Shown here: positions 61,288 through 64,000 of the stretch, in pieces
Position numbering within the stretch: position 1 is the first letter of the stretch
Layout: each line of letters begins with the position of its first letter
Assembly (NCBI GenBank): GCA_965242525.1
Contig: OZ251459.1
Coordinates: 384,001 to 448,000, forward strand
Length of the DNA stretch: 64,000 nucleotides
Origin: an uncultured Candidatus Binatia bacterium
Lineage (GTDB): Bacteria > Desulfobacterota > Binatia > UBA9968 > JAJDTQ01
Direction: 5' to 3'
The notes under the pieces: generated by a model
What the model saw: only the letters and a program-made list of their open reading frames with translations
Databases searched by the model: none
Told to the model about the DNA's origin: nothing
Translations under genes and position numbers: made by a program

Positions 61288-62085
61288 ATGAAATGGCTCG
61301 AAGGCCAGGTGGCAGTGGTGACCGGCGCGGGGTCGGGGATCGGCAAGGCGGTGGCGGCGCGTTTCGTGGAGGAGGGCGCGAAGGTGGTGGCCTTCGACCT
61401 GTCGGCCGAACGGCTGGCGGCGTTGGAAGACGAGGCGGGGGAGGGGGTGGCGGTGGTGCGCGGGGACGTGAGGAGCCCGGAGGACAACCGGCGGGCGGTG
61501 GCCGCGGCGGTGGCGGAGTTCGGCCGGCTCACCGTGTTCGTGGGCAACGCCGGCATCCACGACGGCAGGCGGGCCCTGAAGGACCTGTCCGACGAGGAGT
61601 TGGAGCGCGGCTACGAGGAAGTCATGGGGGTCAACCTCAAGGGCTACCTGCTGGGCGCCAGGGCGGCCTTGCCCGAGCTGGAGAAGACCCGCGGCAACAT
61701 GGTGTTCACCCTGTCCACGTCGTCTTTCTACGTGAGCGGCGGGACCCTGTACGTGGCCTCCAAGCACGCCGCCCTGGGGATGGTGCGCCAGTTGGCCAAC
61801 GAGCTGGCCCCGTCCATCCGGGTCAACGGCGTGGCGCCGTCGGGCACGGCCACGGGCCTGCGCACCGCGCCGTCCCTGGCCCGCGGCCCGGGCGCCGGGG
61901 ACGACGTGTTCGGCGCTCCCCGGGCTCCCGCGGCGTTGAGCGGGAACCTGCTGGAGGTCGCGGTGGAGCCCGATGACCACGCCGGGGCCTACGTGCTGCT
62001 GGCGTCGTCCCAGTCCCGGGTGATGACCGGCGAGGTGATCCACACGGACGCGGGCCGCGGGGTCACCTCGGTCCTGACCCGGTAG
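61288..62085 (+). CDS. SDR oxidoreductase, HcaB/BphB cis-dihydrodiol dehydrogenase-like
   Basis: MKWLEGQVAVVTGAGSGIG, FVGNAGIHD, YVASKHA, IRVNGVAP. Confidence 0.82.
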   Translation: MKWLEGQVAVVTGAGSGIGKAVAARFVEEGAKVVAFDLSAERLAALEDEAGEGVAVVRGDVRSPEDNRRAVAAAVAEFGRLTVFVGNAGIHDGRRALKDLSDEELERGYEEVMGVNLKGYLLGARAALPELEKTRGNMVFTLSTSSFYVSGGTLYVASKHAALGMVRQLANELAPSIRVNGVAPSGTATGLRTAPSLARGPGAGDDVFGAPRAPAALSGNLLEVAVEPDDHAGAYVLLASSQSRVMTGEVIHTDAGRGVTSVLTR

Positions 62086-62122
62086 CGTCGAGCAGGTCGC
62101 AACCACGGAGGCGTGCGGAACC

Positions 62123-63313
62123 ATGACCGCGGCATTGCAGGGAACCATGGCCCTCGACTTGAGCGGACACGTGGCGGGGCCGTTCGCCGGGAGTCTCCTG
62201 GGAGACCTCGGTTGCGACGTCATCAAGGTGGAGTTGCCGGACGGGGGCGACACCCACCGCGGGCGGAACCCGCTCTACGAGGGCTACGGCCCCAGCTTCC
62301 GCGCCCTCAACCGGAACAAGCGGAGCCTGACCCTGGACCTGCGGCGGCCCGAGGGCAGGGAGGCGCTGTTCAAGCTGCTGGAGAAGGCGGACGTCCTGCT
62401 GGAGAACTTCCGCCCGGAGACCCGCGCCAGGCTCGGCCTCGATTACGAACCCCTGTCCCGGCTCAACCCGAGGCTGGTGCACTGCTCCATCACGGGCTAC
62501 GGCCAGGAAGGTCCGTACCGCGACAAGCCGGGTTTCGACACCATCGGCCAGGCCCTGAGCGGCATGCTGAGCCTCATGACCGACTTCGACCGGCCCAGGG
62601 TGGTGGGGGTGTCCGTCACCGACCATTCCACCGGGGTGTTCGCCGCCTACGGCATCCTGGCGGCGTTGCTGGCGCGCCACCACACGGGCCGGGGCCAGTT
62701 CGTGGACGCGTCGCTGCTGCGCACCAGCCTGGCGTTCATCGAGTCCCACATGGCCGACTACCTGAACGGCGGCGAGGCCATCACGCGCGAGAACTTCCCC
62801 CGCGGCCGCATCTACTGTTTCGTCCCCGGCGACGGGAAGCCCCTGGTGGTCCACCTTTCCGGGCACCAGAAGGCATGGGAGGGGCTGGTGGCCGCGGTGG
62901 GGCGGCGCGACCTCCTGGACGACCCCCGTTTCGCCACCCGCAACGACCGCTGGAAACACCACTACGACGCGGTTCCCATCCTGCAGGCCGAGTTCGAGAA
63001 GGAGCCGCGTGCGCACTGGCTCGAAGCCCTGGACGCCGCGGGCGTGCCCAACGCGCCCATATACCGCATCGAGGAGGTGCTGGACGACCCGCAGGTCAGG
63101 GAGATGGGCCTGCCCCGGGAGATCCGGCATCCGAAGATGGGGCCGAGCAACCTCATCGGCAACGCGGTCCGGCTCTCCGACACCCCTGCCCGGTTCCATC
63201 GGGCCGCGCCGCTCCTGGGCGAGGACACCGACGACATCCTGCGGGAGATGGGTTACGACGAGGAGACGCTGGCGCGGCTCCGGGAGCGCGGGGTGACCGG
63301 CTCCCGGGGGTGA
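62123..63313 (+). CDS. CaiB/BaiF family III CoA-transferase
   Basis: AGPF...LGDLG, NRNKRS, ADVLLENFRP, SITGYG, APLLGE. Confidence 0.93.
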   Translation: MTAALQGTMALDLSGHVAGPFAGSLLGDLGCDVIKVELPDGGDTHRGRNPLYEGYGPSFRALNRNKRSLTLDLRRPEGREALFKLLEKADVLLENFRPETRARLGLDYEPLSRLNPRLVHCSITGYGQEGPYRDKPGFDTIGQALSGMLSLMTDFDRPRVVGVSVTDHSTGVFAAYGILAALLARHHTGRGQFVDASLLRTSLAFIESHMADYLNGGEAITRENFPRGRIYCFVPGDGKPLVVHLSGHQKAWEGLVAAVGRRDLLDDPRFATRNDRWKHHYDAVPILQAEFEKEPRAHWLEALDAAGVPNAPIYRIEEVLDDPQVREMGLPREIRHPKMGPSNLIGNAVRLSDTPARFHRAAPLLGEDTDDILREMGYDEETLARLRERGVTGSRG

Positions 63314-63447
63314 GGCGGGCCGGGGCGCCGACGCCGGGGCCCGGGCGCGAACGCGGCCCCGAATCTTGACGGCCGAAGACATGTAGTGGTAGAGGCTATG
63401 GGGAAGTGCGCGAAACGTTCGGAAACGTTCACAAGGGGGTAACCAAA

Positions 63448-64000
63448 ATGGCAGGAAACGGAACCCGAGAGGGTTGTGAGGTCATCATATCTTCGGACTC
63501 CCACGTCATGGAGCCGTCGGACACCCTGGTGGAGAGGTGTCCCAGCGGTTTCAAGGACCAGGTGCCGCGCTTTCCCAAGCTGGAAGTGGGCACCAGCTTC
63601 CAGACCCAGCCGGGGGGGTCCGACCCGGGCAAGCGCATCACCGAGATGGAGACCGACGGCGTGACCGCGGAGGTGCTCTTTCCCACCTACCTGCTGCCCC
63701 ACTTCGCCATGGACGACGCCCGGCTGCAGGAGGTCTCCTTCCGGGCCTACAACGACTGGGTGCTGGACTACTGCTCGGTGGCGCCCAACCGGCTGGTGGG
63801 GGTGGCGGCCATCTCCGTGTATGACATCGACAAGGCGGTGGAGGAGCTGGAGCGCTGCGCCAAGCTCGGCCTGAAGGGCTCGCTCATCTGGCAGGCGCCG
63901 CACGCGGACCTGCCGTTCCGGTCCGAGCACTACGAGAAGTTCTGGTCCGCGTCCGAGGACCTGGGGATGCCCGTGCACCTGCACATCCTCACCGGCCACG
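63448..64000 (+). CDS. Amidohydrolase_2 family protein (partial, runs off the window)
   Basis: Manual translation gives IISSDSHVMEP...DGVTAEVLFPT...AYNDW...VHLHILTGH. Confidence 0.88.
   Translation, partial: MAGNGTREGCEVIISSDSHVMEPSDTLVERCPSGFKDQVPRFPKLEVGTSFQTQPGGSDPGKRITEMETDGVTAEVLFPTYLLPHFAMDDARLQEVSFRAYNDWVLDYCSVAPNRLVGVAAISVYDIDKAVEELERCAKLGLKGSLIWQAPHADLPFRSEHYEKFWSASEDLGMPVHLHILTGH

Overview
High-GC bacterial chromosome segment. The amidohydrolases, TRAP/TTT binding proteins, TauD, CoA-transferase and Fic/DUF1640 genes are compatible with an uncultured deltaproteobacterium-like or host-associated lineage (inference only). A metabolic backbone is interrupted by two accessory regions. 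(1) At about 8.3-18.4 kb is a defence/surface hotspot around an alpha/beta-hydrolase gene: an amino-methyltransferase plus HNH nuclease, a Schlafen/AlbA-HATPase plus Ppl/TrlF-like PHP-ATPase, and a zinc-protease lipoprotein. Two of these cassettes lie between 200-300 bp direct duplications of the neighbouring core DNA, the third splits one of those duplications, and no integrase is visible. (2) At about 40.5-55.5 kb is a divergent type I-D-like CRISPR-Cas locus: a divergent CapW/BrxR-like WYL regulator with a palindromic operator, cas6-cas10d(HD, internal Cas11d start)-cas7-cas5-cas3'-cas4-cas1-cas2, a type I-B-like adaptation module, cas4 cleanly split by an IS630, and 55 repeats of 28 bp. 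Intergenic regions carry a family of small IS5-like MITEs (about 17-bp TIRs, 4-bp TSDs) containing a 38-bp REP-like unit. All calls come from reading motifs by eye; no database search was run.
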